Shown here piece after piece: positions 20,321 to 30,230 of a DNA stretch of 44,647 nucleotides; the first letter of the stretch is position 1, and each line of letters opens with the position of its first letter. Below the pieces are notes generated by a model. It did not search any database. It was not told the origin of the DNA and saw only the letters and a program-made list of their open reading frames with translations. The DNA comes from Stramenopiles sp. TOSAG23-3 (Eukaryota), in the NCBI GenBank assembly GCA_900128585.1, contig LT642173.1, positions 1 to 44,647 of the forward strand. The letters run 5' to 3'. The translations under genes were made by a program, and so were the position numbers.

Positions 20321-20347
20321 TAATTTTACTTAAATAACAGCCAATTA
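20321..20347 (-). promoter_or_regulatory. 3'-end motif copy overlapping the DEPDC5 stop codon; a further degenerate copy lies at 19897..19940
   Basis: The sense strand reads GAA TAA TTGGCTGTTATTTAAGTAAAATTA. Confidence 0.65.
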
Positions 20348-23300
20348 TTCATCTATGGGCGCCCCCTTTTTTGTGGCCTCCAAATGCGCCGTGGAAATGA
20401 TGGACCTCACTTCGCTGTACGCAAATCTTGTAGCTTCACAAAACTGCTTAAATTCCATGAACTGAGAATCGGCACGAACCCAGCTTTCCCTTCGCTCCAC
20501 TAATCGATTTGGAATCCACAGAATCCCATCCTCGACGATTCGTAAAAATACATCGCCCGATTTGTGCAAGTACTGTCGCCCGCCCCACCCACGACGGTGC
20601 CCCGACTGGGCATTTTGTACATTGGGCAATGCGGCACGGTTGCCAAGATGGTGGATTCGAAAAACATCCAACTGTAACGTGGAACAGCCTAGGATAAATC
20701 CCATCGGTTCGTCGACTACGTAGCTTTGACTGGAAGGACCACGGCGAGTCACTACATCGCTTTCAATCAAAAATTCGAACCTGGTCAGTAATGCATCCTG
20801 GATGAGCAGATTCAGGCGCATTTGCTTGCGCAAAGGAAGCGGTATTAACAGCGGCTGGCTGAACGGGTGCAGATAAGGAGGCTGCCTTGGGTGAGTATAT
20901 TCTGGCACCTGAAACATCTCCAAACTCAACCGCCGCATCTGCCTATATATGCTTTTGATGAACGTGCTAACAGTCTTGCCGGCACACACTACAAAGTGGA
21001 TGGACAAATGGAAATACCTTTCGGGGTAAAATAAAGAGTCGTACTCCAGCAGAATCCATTCATTGCGGCCGACACTACCCCCCTTCAAATTTATTTTGAT
21101 TGTTCTAGAATCAGGGCGGCGGCGACGGCGGCGTGAAGTCCCTGGTTCTGCGGGGAGTGTAGGCGTTAGAAGAGCCCCTGAATCGGTGTCGATGCCCGGC
21201 ATACGAACAACTTCAACTTCAAACGGATCCGAGTCTTCCCCAGCGTTTTTCTCCAGCCATGCGCACAGCTCGTTAAATTTGTCAATCCTTTCTTGCTCCA
21301 TCGCGCCCGTGGCATCTTGCCGCTGCATAAACTCCGATCTTAACTGATCGTCACTCTTATTCAAGGCGGATTGAGGGTTCAACCACGGAACACACATAGA
21401 CGCATCTACACCCTTGTGTTCCTGCGTTCCATTGCCTGACTCTCGAAGTTTTGAGTCCAGCGCAAGGGGGCACAGCACAAACCTCACCCGGCGATCCCGG
21501 ATAGAAGACGGCAAATCTGAAAAATATCCACTGACTACTTGGTCTAAATAGTTCCAGTTTGTCGGGGTTGCACGCTCAAACTCTTGGTGGTGGCTTGCTA
21601 TATCATTGACAGCAGGTTCCCACAATGAAAAGTGGTACCCTAGCTTGGAAACTTCTGCCGCATCATCCTTGTATTTGTGCTTGAATATTTCAATGAAAAT
21701 ATTGTTCAACTGCGAGTCAAGGCTCAGCTTGTGTATGGTGTGGCCTAAACTGAGCGTGTACTTTAACCCCTTCTCCGAGGTTTCAACCGCACCGTCTGAC
21801 GCGACGACAATTTGGAACTCTTGCTGCAACCGCTGGCACACCATTTCGATTATTAACTCCTCGTGTGAGCTTTCCGAAGTCGGATCTATTGACACGGTGT
21901 AATTGCTCGTGTTATATTTTTCTGAATCTTTATGCTCCTTGGGGTAGTAATCTGTTGTTATGGGAAGAATCGCGGGCTGGCACAGCGACAGCCAGTCTAT
22001 ACTAAACGTGTCATCGGCCAGGTGCCCCGACCCACGCATTGCATCGAAAGCTTTTGCATATATGTGTCGCCAGCGCCGCCGGCTGATTGTAAACTTTTCA
22101 AGTAACTTTTGGTCTTTCTGGTACTTTCGGTTGAAGGGGTGAAGCATATTATTTTTCTTCGCAAACCGTACGGAACGCCTGTTGAAAGATGACATCCCCC
22201 CGTGGCTAAACCGTCGCGGAGAACGCGGAGGAGTAGAACCAGGCTTTGGGGAAATACTACGCTTTGGGGAAATACTCTGCTTTGGAGACATTGACAGCCG
22301 TTCGCTGCCTTCACTGCTTGGGGGCGAGCCGACGGATGAAAATGCACCGCGGCCTTCTGCTGGGCTTGTACCGTACACTTCGAACTCCCCAACCTCAGAC
22401 ATTCCTGGGAGCAATGGGTTGTTCTGGCGGCGATGCAGGAGCATTTTGCGAGGGGAAGACGTCTGGGTGGTGGATGTCCACACATGTTTCAGTTTCATCG
22501 GTGGCTTTCCTTCCAGTTGTGGTCTAAATGTGTCATACACCGCTCCTTTTGTTGGTACATCAATTGCTCCAGTCTTCAACTCCTGGCTAAAGCGGGGGTT
22601 GCGACGCATGTACGACTTTGAGTCGTAGCTGCTGCTCAGGACAATGTTGCCGGTCGTGCTTTTGTCCAAATGCACTTGCCCCGCAGTGCGCTTGGCTGGG
22701 ATCTCCTTGGCTAATGTTGACAGGCCCAGGGTCGATTGGCTCGCAACCATCCCCCTCACGCCTTGAAATGGCCTCCGCTGCCTTTGTCGCCCCCCCGATT
22801 TGTCATGCTTTTCGGACAAGCTGCTCATTATGCCCGAGCTGGGGTTTGGGTTGTGGCTGGTAGACCGTCTGTAAATGCTTCGCTCTGACTTCTTCCTATC
22901 ACGGCTGCTCGGTTTCGCTTTCGAGTCCGACGAGGGTGGAAGGGAAAACGACCGGCTTCCGATGCTTTGGGAACTTGAATACATCGAGGAGCTATTAAAT
23001 AGCGACATATCGTGCCCGTTGTAGTCTTCACGATTTCGAAGGGTTATTGTGTCCGTCGAGTTGGAGGAGTGCATCGGAAGCAGGGCCGATGATGCAGAAG
23101 AATTACTGCCAGAACGCATCAGGCCTCCCATACTAATGGGGCGAGGCATGACGCCATGGGCCCGCAGCTGCCACGCTTTCTCTGCCAAATTTTCTCGCGA
23201 CTCGACACGCTGTAAGCCCAATTGGTCGGACGGCGGCCCACCATTCAATGCCGTGGACAAGGACGACGTCCGCGGCGATGCAGGGATAGTTATTGTTTTG

Positions 23301-25015
23301 AATTCCAGTTCATCGTCGTCGTCGCTGCTGTTCGAATTGGCAGTGCTCTCCAGGTTACCGTTGTTGAACTGTTTTGGCCCCTTTACGGGGGACCCTTTCC
23401 TCGGGCTTGAAATCCTAGCGTTCGCTTCTTCAAACCCAGGTTTGCCTCGCTTCAAACTCTCGGTTGCGTTGGACGTAAGGATGACCCTAAGCGCATGCGG
23501 AAGGTCGTCGTAGGCATTGTTAACATTATAAGTATCGACGGAGGCGCCCCGAGAAGAGACACTGCCCGGCAATAACTCAATCATCCTGTAGGCGGGCAAG
23601 GCTGCAAATTTGTCGTGGAGAGGGGAAGGGTCAAAGGGAAAGCATATTCTAAGCCAATGGGGAATATTGTAAAACATTTTGTTGTCATCGTTCCTAGCGA
23701 TTCTTTCTGAGTCCAACTCAGGGTTAAAGAGGAGCAATGGAACAGTATGAAAGGGGCGGGTCGTCAACGATATCAGGTCTATTCCTACGCCGTTATTAAC
23801 GAGTCGCCTCTTGGTGAGCAGGACCAGGTGCCTGTCGACCCGGAACACTCCAGTGCCCGCTGTGATTAGCACAACGGACTGGCCGGTTCGGGCCAAGTCC
23901 CTGTCCATATGATGCTTTTCGAACACATTCAGCGTTAAATTTAGAGCCTCCAAGACGTTTCCCGAAGCCGCAGAGCTCGGGAGTCCCACCAACTCCTTCC
24001 CGTCCAGCTGTTTGGCATGTGCCGTTTCGGGTTTGGAAGGCGGGACCGAACTTCCGCCCGTGGAGGCAGAGTTGTCCTCACTATTGTCTTTGGGCAGCGA
24101 TGGACACTTCCAGTTGGCAACACTGGCGAACGTCAAAACTGCCCGTTTCAATCGTATAATCAAGGACGACCAGTCGGACAAACATTCATTCTCGACAACT
24201 GTCTGAAATACATCCTCGTAAATTCTTCCGTCGCTGCTGACATTGATGGAGTTCCTTCGTTTCCCGCTTATCAGCTGCCCGATAAACGCAGATGGCTTTT
24301 GTGTCGTGTTCGTGTGATAGTACGTTCGGCCGAAAAAAACCACCGTAAGTGAATGGTGGGCGTCCAGCTTTTGCCATCGTTCGAAGCATTCTTTCGAGAA
24401 GCGGTGGATGGCCTTCTCGTAGTACAGCTCCGCGTCGTTTGCGCACGCAAACATTTCCTTGCTCATTTGAAAACACCAGATGATCCGGGCAGACCTGGAA
24501 CGGAACACAAATTTGGTGAACGGTCGGACCAGCCCGCACCCTATGGTACGCCCATTAATTAACAACTTGCTCACTTTGGCGCGGTAGCCCAAAATGGACA
24601 GCCTCTGCGACACGTACACGCATTTATTCGTAAGGGCCTGCTGCATTCTCCATATGTCACTGCGGGAGAGGTATTGGTCCTTGAAGTGCACGTGCACAAA
24701 ATCCAACCCGACGTTTTTTGGATCGGCAGCTTCGATTACCACTTCTTGGTGGCTAAACAGTTGGAACTCGGAGGCGATGGCCTTTGCAATGCTGATCTGG
24801 AGGCTTCCTTTTTGCTCCTCTAACTTTTCTACGCGAAGTACCAGCCGTTTTTCGTCCGGCCTTTGGGGAGGATAAATGTCCAACAGGTCCCCAACTTTTA
24901 CAAAGGGGAAAGCCTCCGGATTGACCACCAAATCCTCCGTGCTAAAATTTATACCATGAACACTAAGGACAGCCTTCTTCGGGGCGATTTCGTCTTGCGG
25001 CTGTCGAGGATCCAT
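20345..25015 (-). CDS. DEPDC5: GATOR1/SEACIT subunit DEPDC5/Iml1
   Basis: FKDQYLSRSDIWR, FVFRSRSA..FQMSKEM, SGNVLEALNLTLNVFEKHHMDRDLARTGQSVVLITAGTGVF, RRRWRH, WLSLCQPAILPITTDYYP and EMVCQRLQQEFQIV are Iml1/DEPDC5 hallmarks. Confidence 0.95.
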   Translation of the reverse strand: MDPRQPQDEIAPKKAVLSVHGINFSTEDLVVNPEAFPFVKVGDLLDIYPPQRPDEKRLVLRVEKLEEQKGSLQISIAKAIASEFQLFSHQEVVIEAADPKNVGLDFVHVHFKDQYLSRSDIWRMQQALTNKCVYVSQRLSILGYRAKVSKLLINGRTIGCGLVRPFTKFVFRSRSARIIWCFQMSKEMFACANDAELYYEKAIHRFSKECFERWQKLDAHHSLTVVFFGRTYYHTNTTQKPSAFIGQLISGKRRNSINVSSDGRIYEDVFQTVVENECLSDWSSLIIRLKRAVLTFASVANWKCPSLPKDNSEDNSASTGGSSVPPSKPETAHAKQLDGKELVGLPSSAASGNVLEALNLTLNVFEKHHMDRDLARTGQSVVLITAGTGVFRVDRHLVLLTKRRLVNNGVGIDLISLTTRPFHTVPLLLFNPELDSERIARNDDNKMFYNIPHWLRICFPFDPSPLHDKFAALPAYRMIELLPGSVSSRGASVDTYNVNNAYDDLPHALRVILTSNATESLKRGKPGFEEANARISSPRKGSPVKGPKQFNNGNLESTANSNSSDDDDELEFKTITIPASPRTSSLSTALNGGPPSDQLGLQRVESRENLAEKAWQLRAHGVMPRPISMGGLMRSGSNSSASSALLPMHSSNSTDTITLRNREDYNGHDMSLFNSSSMYSSSQSIGSRSFSLPPSSDSKAKPSSRDRKKSERSIYRRSTSHNPNPSSGIMSSLSEKHDKSGGRQRQRRPFQGVRGMVASQSTLGLSTLAKEIPAKRTAGQVHLDKSTTGNIVLSSSYDSKSYMRRNPRFSQELKTGAIDVPTKGAVYDTFRPQLEGKPPMKLKHVWTSTTQTSSPRKMLLHRRQNNPLLPGMSEVGEFEVYGTSPAEGRGAFSSVGSPPSSEGSERLSMSPKQSISPKRSISPKPGSTPPRSPRRFSHGGMSSFNRRSVRFAKKNNMLHPFNRKYQKDQKLLEKFTISRRRWRHIYAKAFDAMRGSGHLADDTFSIDWLSLCQPAILPITTDYYPKEHKDSEKYNTSNYTVSIDPTSESSHEELIIEMVCQRLQQEFQIVVASDGAVETSEKGLKYTLSLGHTIHKLSLDSQLNNIFIEIFKHKYKDDAAEVSKLGYHFSLWEPAVNDIASHHQEFERATPTNWNYLDQVVSGYFSDLPSSIRDRRVRFVLCPLALDSKLRESGNGTQEHKGVDASMCVPWLNPQSALNKSDDQLRSEFMQRQDATGAMEQERIDKFNELCAWLEKNAGEDSDPFEVEVVRMPGIDTDSGALLTPTLPAEPGTSRRRRRRPDSRTIKINLKGGSVGRNEWILLEYDSLFYPERYFHLSIHFVVCAGKTVSTFIKSIYRQMRRLSLEMFQVPEYTHPRQPPYLHPFSQPLLIPLPLRKQMRLNLLIQDALLTRFEFLIESDVVTRRGPSSQSYVVDEPMGFILGCSTLQLDVFRIHHLGNRAALPNVQNAQSGHRRGWGGRQYLHKSGDVFLRIVEDGILWIPNRLVERRESWVRADSQFMEFKQFCEATRFAYSEVRSIISTAHLEATKKGAPIDE

Positions 25016-25568
25016 TCAAAAAGATAAATCGAAGGTGACTGCCGTACGGGCCCAAGCGCCGTCTGCAGGGCAGTGGTGTTATCTCCCGTTCGCACTCAAG
25101 GGTCTACGCTCGCATGCCGTTGTCACACAGAGCGCCCGTCCTTTCCGCTCCCAGCGATAATATATATGGTTGGTTTCTCCAATAACCGTACGCGAAGTCT
25201 AATGATGCCTTCTAAACCATTGCACAATTTTTCCCCTTAAATTTTTGCTGCTACTAAATCCAGTCGGCACAAATATAGAAATCTACATATGTATATATTT
25301 TTTAAATTTTTATATATAAAAAGTATATTAATTATTAGTCGTTCCTAGAAGATAGATATAGATTATTTATAATAATAATAATAATTAAAAAAAAAAGATA
25401 CTACTCTTCTTCTTCGTTCTTCTTCTTTTTTAATATAAATTATATTATTATTATTATTGGAAGGAATAATAATACAGAGAGGTAGAAGGGAACCCGACAA
25501 AATACTAAATAAACAAAAGTAGTATTATCCTTAATAATTGTGGCTAAGTTTATCCAGCCTTAACTAAT

Positions 25569-25585
25569 GGTTAGGGTTAGGGTTA
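25569..25585 (+). repeat. Interstitial telomere-like repeat ggTTAGGGTTAGGGtta
   Basis: Read directly, in the divergent DEPDC5/MYND spacer. Confidence 0.6.
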
Positions 25586-25891
25586 ATAATTAATGTCGTC
25601 CACAACGTCCACACAACCCACCACAACGTCCAATAATAATCATAATATAAAAAAATTGAGTATTCAACAAAACAACACTCTCTCCTCAACACAATAATAA
25701 TAATAAATAATAATAATAATCCACTCTTCTTATTTTGGGATTTATTATTATTACAAGTTCGTATGTGTGTGTGCATATAATATATATCGTACATATAATT
25801 TATGTAATAAAACATAGAAGAAAGAGAATACGGAGTGAGTGTTAACATTTCGTTTGGCATTAGCAGGTAGGCACATTTGCATATAGAAAAT

Positions 25892-27232
25892 ATGGGAAGG
25901 AAAAAGAAGAACAGTAAAAGGAATAAAAAAACAGCACCCCCTGGCGGCGGCGGTGGCGGCGGTGGCGGCGGTCCAACCACAAGTGTCCAAAAAACAGCAG
26001 TGCAACGACTAATGGACGGGTTGGGGTATCAGTCGGACAAGACTGTCGCAGCGTACCAAGGCATGTCTGTGCTAATGGGGATGATCCCGGCTGCGGTGGA
26101 AGCTGTGGAGCAGTTAAACCTTGCAAATAAATATTGCGCAGCTGTAGCGATTGGGGTTTGCAAGGAAAAACTGGCGCCAGGCAAAGTGAAGCAGTGCAGT
26201 CGGTGCAACTTTTCAAGGTATTGCAAAGTTGAGTGCCAGCGCAAGCATTGGCCAGAGCACAAGAAATTTTGCGTTGGTCTAGCAGGACGAAAAACTGCTC
26301 TGGCAGAATCTGTGCTGGCGCAGTGGCCAGACGCCAATGTAGCTGCACTTTCGGAAGCAGCCGAGCTGGCGCTCCACTCTTCGTCGCACCACCCGGCCGG
26401 TGCCAAAGTGGTTATTTCGTTTATTTTCGATTTTAGTGAAAAATACGAAGGCTTCTTTCCCCGGGTTCAGATCATCTGCGATACGTTCAACCGAATGTTT
26501 GGTAGGCAAGGGATGACACCGAGCGTGTACGTAAGTTTGGAGAAGGCACTGGGATGCTACAAGAAGAATCAAAGTTGCCGGGAGGCCCATTTAGAGCAGG
26601 AAAGAAAACGTCAAGAGAACATGAAGGCTGTGCAGGACCTGTGCCAGGAGATTCACACCAATCTTCTTCCACTGATCCAGGGAATTGGTTTAGCAAGGGT
26701 AGGGACGTCTAAACAGTTTCACAGAACGAACTCGGAGATGCTGAATTATTTGCTGAAACAGTGCACTGATTCTGATTATTTTTGCGTAGACAAGCCCTAC
26801 GAAAACATCCCCATCTACTTGGCCTGTACAAGCGAGTGCATTGCAGCCTTCAAGTTCGACTCGCCGTTCGGGAAATCGGTGGTTTTGGAAGAGACCGTTA
26901 CGAAGCTGGACAAATTATTTGAATTGGTCCGGAAAGCGTTTGTCGATTACGAAAAGGCGTACGATGTAGATCATACAGCGCCAATCGCTGCGAGTGACGA
27001 TGAGTTGTTGAAAGAAGCACGTTTGCGCTCCTCTTACACAATCAAAATGAGAACGGAAATGAACAAATCAGCAGAAAAATACAGCGGCGTTGGTGAATGG
27101 AGGCCGAATGCTTTGGGCGAGCGATTATTTGAAAATACCTATGGATTACAGCGGCTAGGAAAAGGTTTGCCCGTTTTGCCTATGGACGACAGCCAGACAA
27201 AGAAGAACTACGATGTTGTGATGGTGCAATAA
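25892..27232 (+). CDS. MYND-type zinc finger protein with N-terminal basic and poly-Gly segment
   Basis: KQCSRCNFSRYCKVECQRKHWPEHKKFC; first ATG at 25892 (track start is TTG). Confidence 0.85.
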   Translation: MGRKKKNSKRNKKTAPPGGGGGGGGGGPTTSVQKTAVQRLMDGLGYQSDKTVAAYQGMSVLMGMIPAAVEAVEQLNLANKYCAAVAIGVCKEKLAPGKVKQCSRCNFSRYCKVECQRKHWPEHKKFCVGLAGRKTALAESVLAQWPDANVAALSEAAELALHSSSHHPAGAKVVISFIFDFSEKYEGFFPRVQIICDTFNRMFGRQGMTPSVYVSLEKALGCYKKNQSCREAHLEQERKRQENMKAVQDLCQEIHTNLLPLIQGIGLARVGTSKQFHRTNSEMLNYLLKQCTDSDYFCVDKPYENIPIYLACTSECIAAFKFDSPFGKSVVLEETVTKLDKLFELVRKAFVDYEKAYDVDHTAPIAASDDELLKEARLRSSYTIKMRTEMNKSAEKYSGVGEWRPNALGERLFENTYGLQRLGKGLPVLPMDDSQTKKNYDVVMVQ

Positions 27233-27310
27233 GCTTACGCGAGGTATGTACAAGGCAAACATTTCCTCTTTATCGAACGATCCATGTACACTATCGTCAA
27301 GTTATCATAT

Positions 27311-27645
27311 TTACTTAAACAGCAGCCAATTTTCTTGTTTTATTTAATTGAAACTAGAAAATTGGCTGTTATTTGAGTATGATAATTAAAATCAATGTAC
27401 TGCGAACTGAAATCTAGATTTGGACATTCTAGGTTTGCATTCCTTCATGAACTGCGAACTTAACTATCATTCTTAGATGTACTCCATTGATGATCTGAAT
27501 CAGCAGTAGATGATGGATTAAAATTTATTTATTATAATTTTAATTACTTAAAAATAACAGCCAAGAACCACAAGTTAGGATTAGGGTATGAGGAAGCTAA
27601 ATTTAATAATTATTACTTAAATAACACAGCCAATTTTCTGTTTTT
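27311..27645. repeat. Cluster of four motif copies between convergent genes (- 27311..27341, + 27351..27391, - truncated 27538..27564, - 27612..27645)
   Basis: cagccaattttcttgtttt; agaaaattggctgttatttgagta; taattacttaaaaataacagccaa; ttacttaaataacacagccaattttctgttttt. Confidence 0.85.
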
Positions 27646-27672
27646 ATATATATATTATTTATTTATTTTAAT

Positions 27673-29256
27673 TTACTTTTTGGCATAAAGAAAGCGCCGG
27701 CGATGTTGTGGCAACAATGGCGGCTTGTTGCAATCTTTTGCGAGTGGGCATTTGCTCATCCCATGGATGTTAAATTTTGACGCCGGGATCGACCCTGGGT
27801 TAAACGTTTTCCACGTCTTTCGCTGTCGCTCCAATTTTGTTTCATTGAATGGGGTAATATCTGTGTATTCCTCCAGCGGTTTTGCCGTGCCAGCCCTTTC
27901 GCTCGATTCATCGACAAACAAAGTGTGCGTGATCATCGGTATGGAATGGGGAAACAAAGTATCTGCCCATTTGTATTTGTGGGCGCTTTTGCCTTTCCAC
28001 TTGGTCATTCCCATGTCATGAACCACGTCATCCTTTGGAAACGGGAAATACTTTCGCAGTGTTGCCCCTTTTTCGATTGGGCAATACTCAACACATGTCT
28101 CTACCCCTGAAACGTTAAAAACTTTCATACTTTTCATTGTACGGAAGTCATCAACTTGGACATCATCCTCCACTCCGACCACCTCAACTCGTAATCTCTG
28201 GTTTGTATAATCGTAATAATGGTATTCCGAAAGTTGAGTGTATACAACCAAACAGTTGGGGGAGTTGTATGGGCAGCAAATGTCCCCGTTGCGTTTTACT
28301 TCTGCCCCTGCGTTTTCGACGTTCTCGTATTCAATAAAACCCGACCAATCATCTGGGAAGGGAATGCTTGGGGCAACAGTCCCTTGCGAGAAGCTTAGCA
28401 AGTTGGCCACCCCAGCATTCTTCCTGCTTTGCACGAACGGCGCCTTGAGCGTTTTCATTAGGAGCCTGCGACGATCGCGCCCACTGCCACCGCAGCCCCC
28501 TGGGTTGACTGGGCAACCCTGTATGCTCGACGGGTCTACATCAAACGCAGTGTTGTGCTCGTAGTTAGCAGGCTTCCAGCCGACGTACGACAAATTGGCG
28601 ATCCCCTCTACCTGCCCGGCAGGTGCCAATTTGCTAACATATTTGAAGGGGACAGGGTACGATGGGTCCGAATTGTCGACGTACATGCTATTTTCTTCTA
28701 CTGGAAGAATCGCCAAGAGCTTTGTCCATGCCCAATTGTCCACAACCTTTGTTACGTTGTTGAACGGCCTTGCCTGTGATATGTGAACTTTCCCTTCGTT
28801 GCGAGGACTATACTTTCCCGGGCACGATTCTGGTTCAGGACCGCAATCGCCAATGGAGACAAGAGACTGAAACGTATCCAGGTCATCGATGGGGCAGTAC
28901 GCTACGCACTTCCACTTATACTTTGATCCGGCAGCAGCAGGCTCGAGCGCAATCGCCTTCATTACGTCATCGTACCAGGCAATAACATTGTCGCTACGAG
29001 AGCGGTTTTTCGAACCTTGTTCAAAGTACTGCCCACGTGTGTACTGCATCTGCAGTTTGCACGCGTACGTTTCGTTTAATAAACTGGATGGGCAGCATGT
29101 ATCCCCGACATCATCGACATAATAATATCCCTGATTTTGCGCCTCCGTCTGCACAACTTCCGTCAAAAAGTCTTTTGCAAACGCCGGCCAAGGGTGCGAA
29201 GCGGACGCAAAAGTAGCGAAGCATGCACTTGCAACTACCAATACTTGTCTTGCCAT
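27673..29256 (-). CDS. Secreted or lysosomal protein with two tandem ependymin-related (EPDR-like) domains, ~527 aa
   Basis: Signal peptide MARQVLVVASACFATFASA from the ATG at 29256. Two internally similar halves (GDTCCP/GDICCP, CVAYCPI/CVEYCPI). YYDYTNQRLRVE and FNPGSIPASKFNI..C resemble the ependymin family. Confidence 0.65.
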   Translation of the reverse strand: MARQVLVVASACFATFASASHPWPAFAKDFLTEVVQTEAQNQGYYYVDDVGDTCCPSSLLNETYACKLQMQYTRGQYFEQGSKNRSRSDNVIAWYDDVMKAIALEPAAAGSKYKWKCVAYCPIDDLDTFQSLVSIGDCGPEPESCPGKYSPRNEGKVHISQARPFNNVTKVVDNWAWTKLLAILPVEENSMYVDNSDPSYPVPFKYVSKLAPAGQVEGIANLSYVGWKPANYEHNTAFDVDPSSIQGCPVNPGGCGGSGRDRRRLLMKTLKAPFVQSRKNAGVANLLSFSQGTVAPSIPFPDDWSGFIEYENVENAGAEVKRNGDICCPYNSPNCLVVYTQLSEYHYYDYTNQRLRVEVVGVEDDVQVDDFRTMKSMKVFNVSGVETCVEYCPIEKGATLRKYFPFPKDDVVHDMGMTKWKGKSAHKYKWADTLFPHSIPMITHTLFVDESSERAGTAKPLEEYTDITPFNETKLERQRKTWKTFNPGSIPASKFNIHGMSKCPLAKDCNKPPLLPQHRRRFLYAKK

Positions 29257-29734
29257 TGGAGTAAATAACACCTCCAGAAAGTGAAAATGCGAGTCTAGTT
29301 TATAAATAGAATGAGAAAATGTTTCAACCTTATCGAGAAGTGTTTTTATTATTATCTTGTCTTCCAGCGCAGCATCCTCTCCGTAAACTCGAACTTTCCG
29401 ATTCCTCACACTTTTTCCCCCCTTCTTCTCCTTTTTTTTTCTTCTTTCTACTTTCTTTGAATAATTTTATTATTATTATTTTTTTTTTTAGTTTTTTGTT
29501 GTTGTTGTGGTGTTGTTGTTGTGTTGTTTTTTTGGTTGAGAAAAGCTAAGAAGGGAAGAAGAGAAAGAAGAAGAAACGAAGGAGACAGGCCTTCTTCGCC
29601 AATTATTTCATATATGAACAAGTATATATATAGCAGTCTAATATATAGACCATATATAACCTATTTAAATTATAATTATATTCCAATTCATACTAGACTA
29701 TGAAGGATTTTGATGTTCAAATATAATAGTAGGC

Positions 29735-29942
29735 AGAAGAAAGAAGAAAGAAGAAGAAAGAAGAAGAAAGAAGAAGAAAGAAGAAGAAAGAAGAAGAAGA
29801 AAGAAGAAGAAAAAAGAAGAAGAAAGAAGAAGAAGAAGAAGAAGAAGAAAGAAGAAAGAAGAAGAAAGAAGAAGAAAGAAGAAGAAAGAAGAAGAAGAAG
29901 AAGAAAGAAGAAGAAAGAAGAAGAAAGGAAGAAAGAAGAAGA
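29735..29942 (+). repeat. ~208-nt pure polypurine microsatellite (GAA / AAGAAGAAAG units)
   Basis: Only A and G across the tract. Confidence 0.95.
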
Positions 29943-30167
29943 CGACTAAAAAAATAATATTATTTATTATATATAAAAAATAGAACAACCAACCACCACC
30001 AACAAACAACAAAACACACTTCTTCTTGTTTTTTATTGTTGAATGTTTTTATTATATAGAGATTTAGAGGTAAATATTGGAATGAAAGAAAACATTGGTT
30101 CGTGTTTCACTCTTATTCATTTAGGCAAGAGAATCCACGAATTATACACCCGATCTCCTTTCTCATA

Positions 30168-30201
30168 GAGATAAATAGATAGATAGATAGATAGATAGAT
30201 A
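30168..30201 (+). repeat. (GATA)n microsatellite upstream of the NIPA-like gene
   Basis: gataaatagatagatagatagatagatagata. Confidence 0.9.
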
Positions 30202-30230
30202 ATAAGCGTCCGGGGAGAAGACGAAATAGA

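Noticed and set aside
6456-24875. Numerous 60-160-aa ORFs overlapping dynein and DEPDC5
   Set aside because: Antisense or alternate-frame shadows of long conserved CDSs, with no recognisable domains.
29257-29409. N-terminal extension of the ependymin-like ORF in the track
   Set aside because: Non-ATG start; the ATG at 29256 directly precedes a signal peptide.
29698-30012. Poly-K/E/R ORF (29710..29949) and poly-F/L/S ORF on the opposite strand
   Set aside because: Artefacts of the GAA microsatellite.
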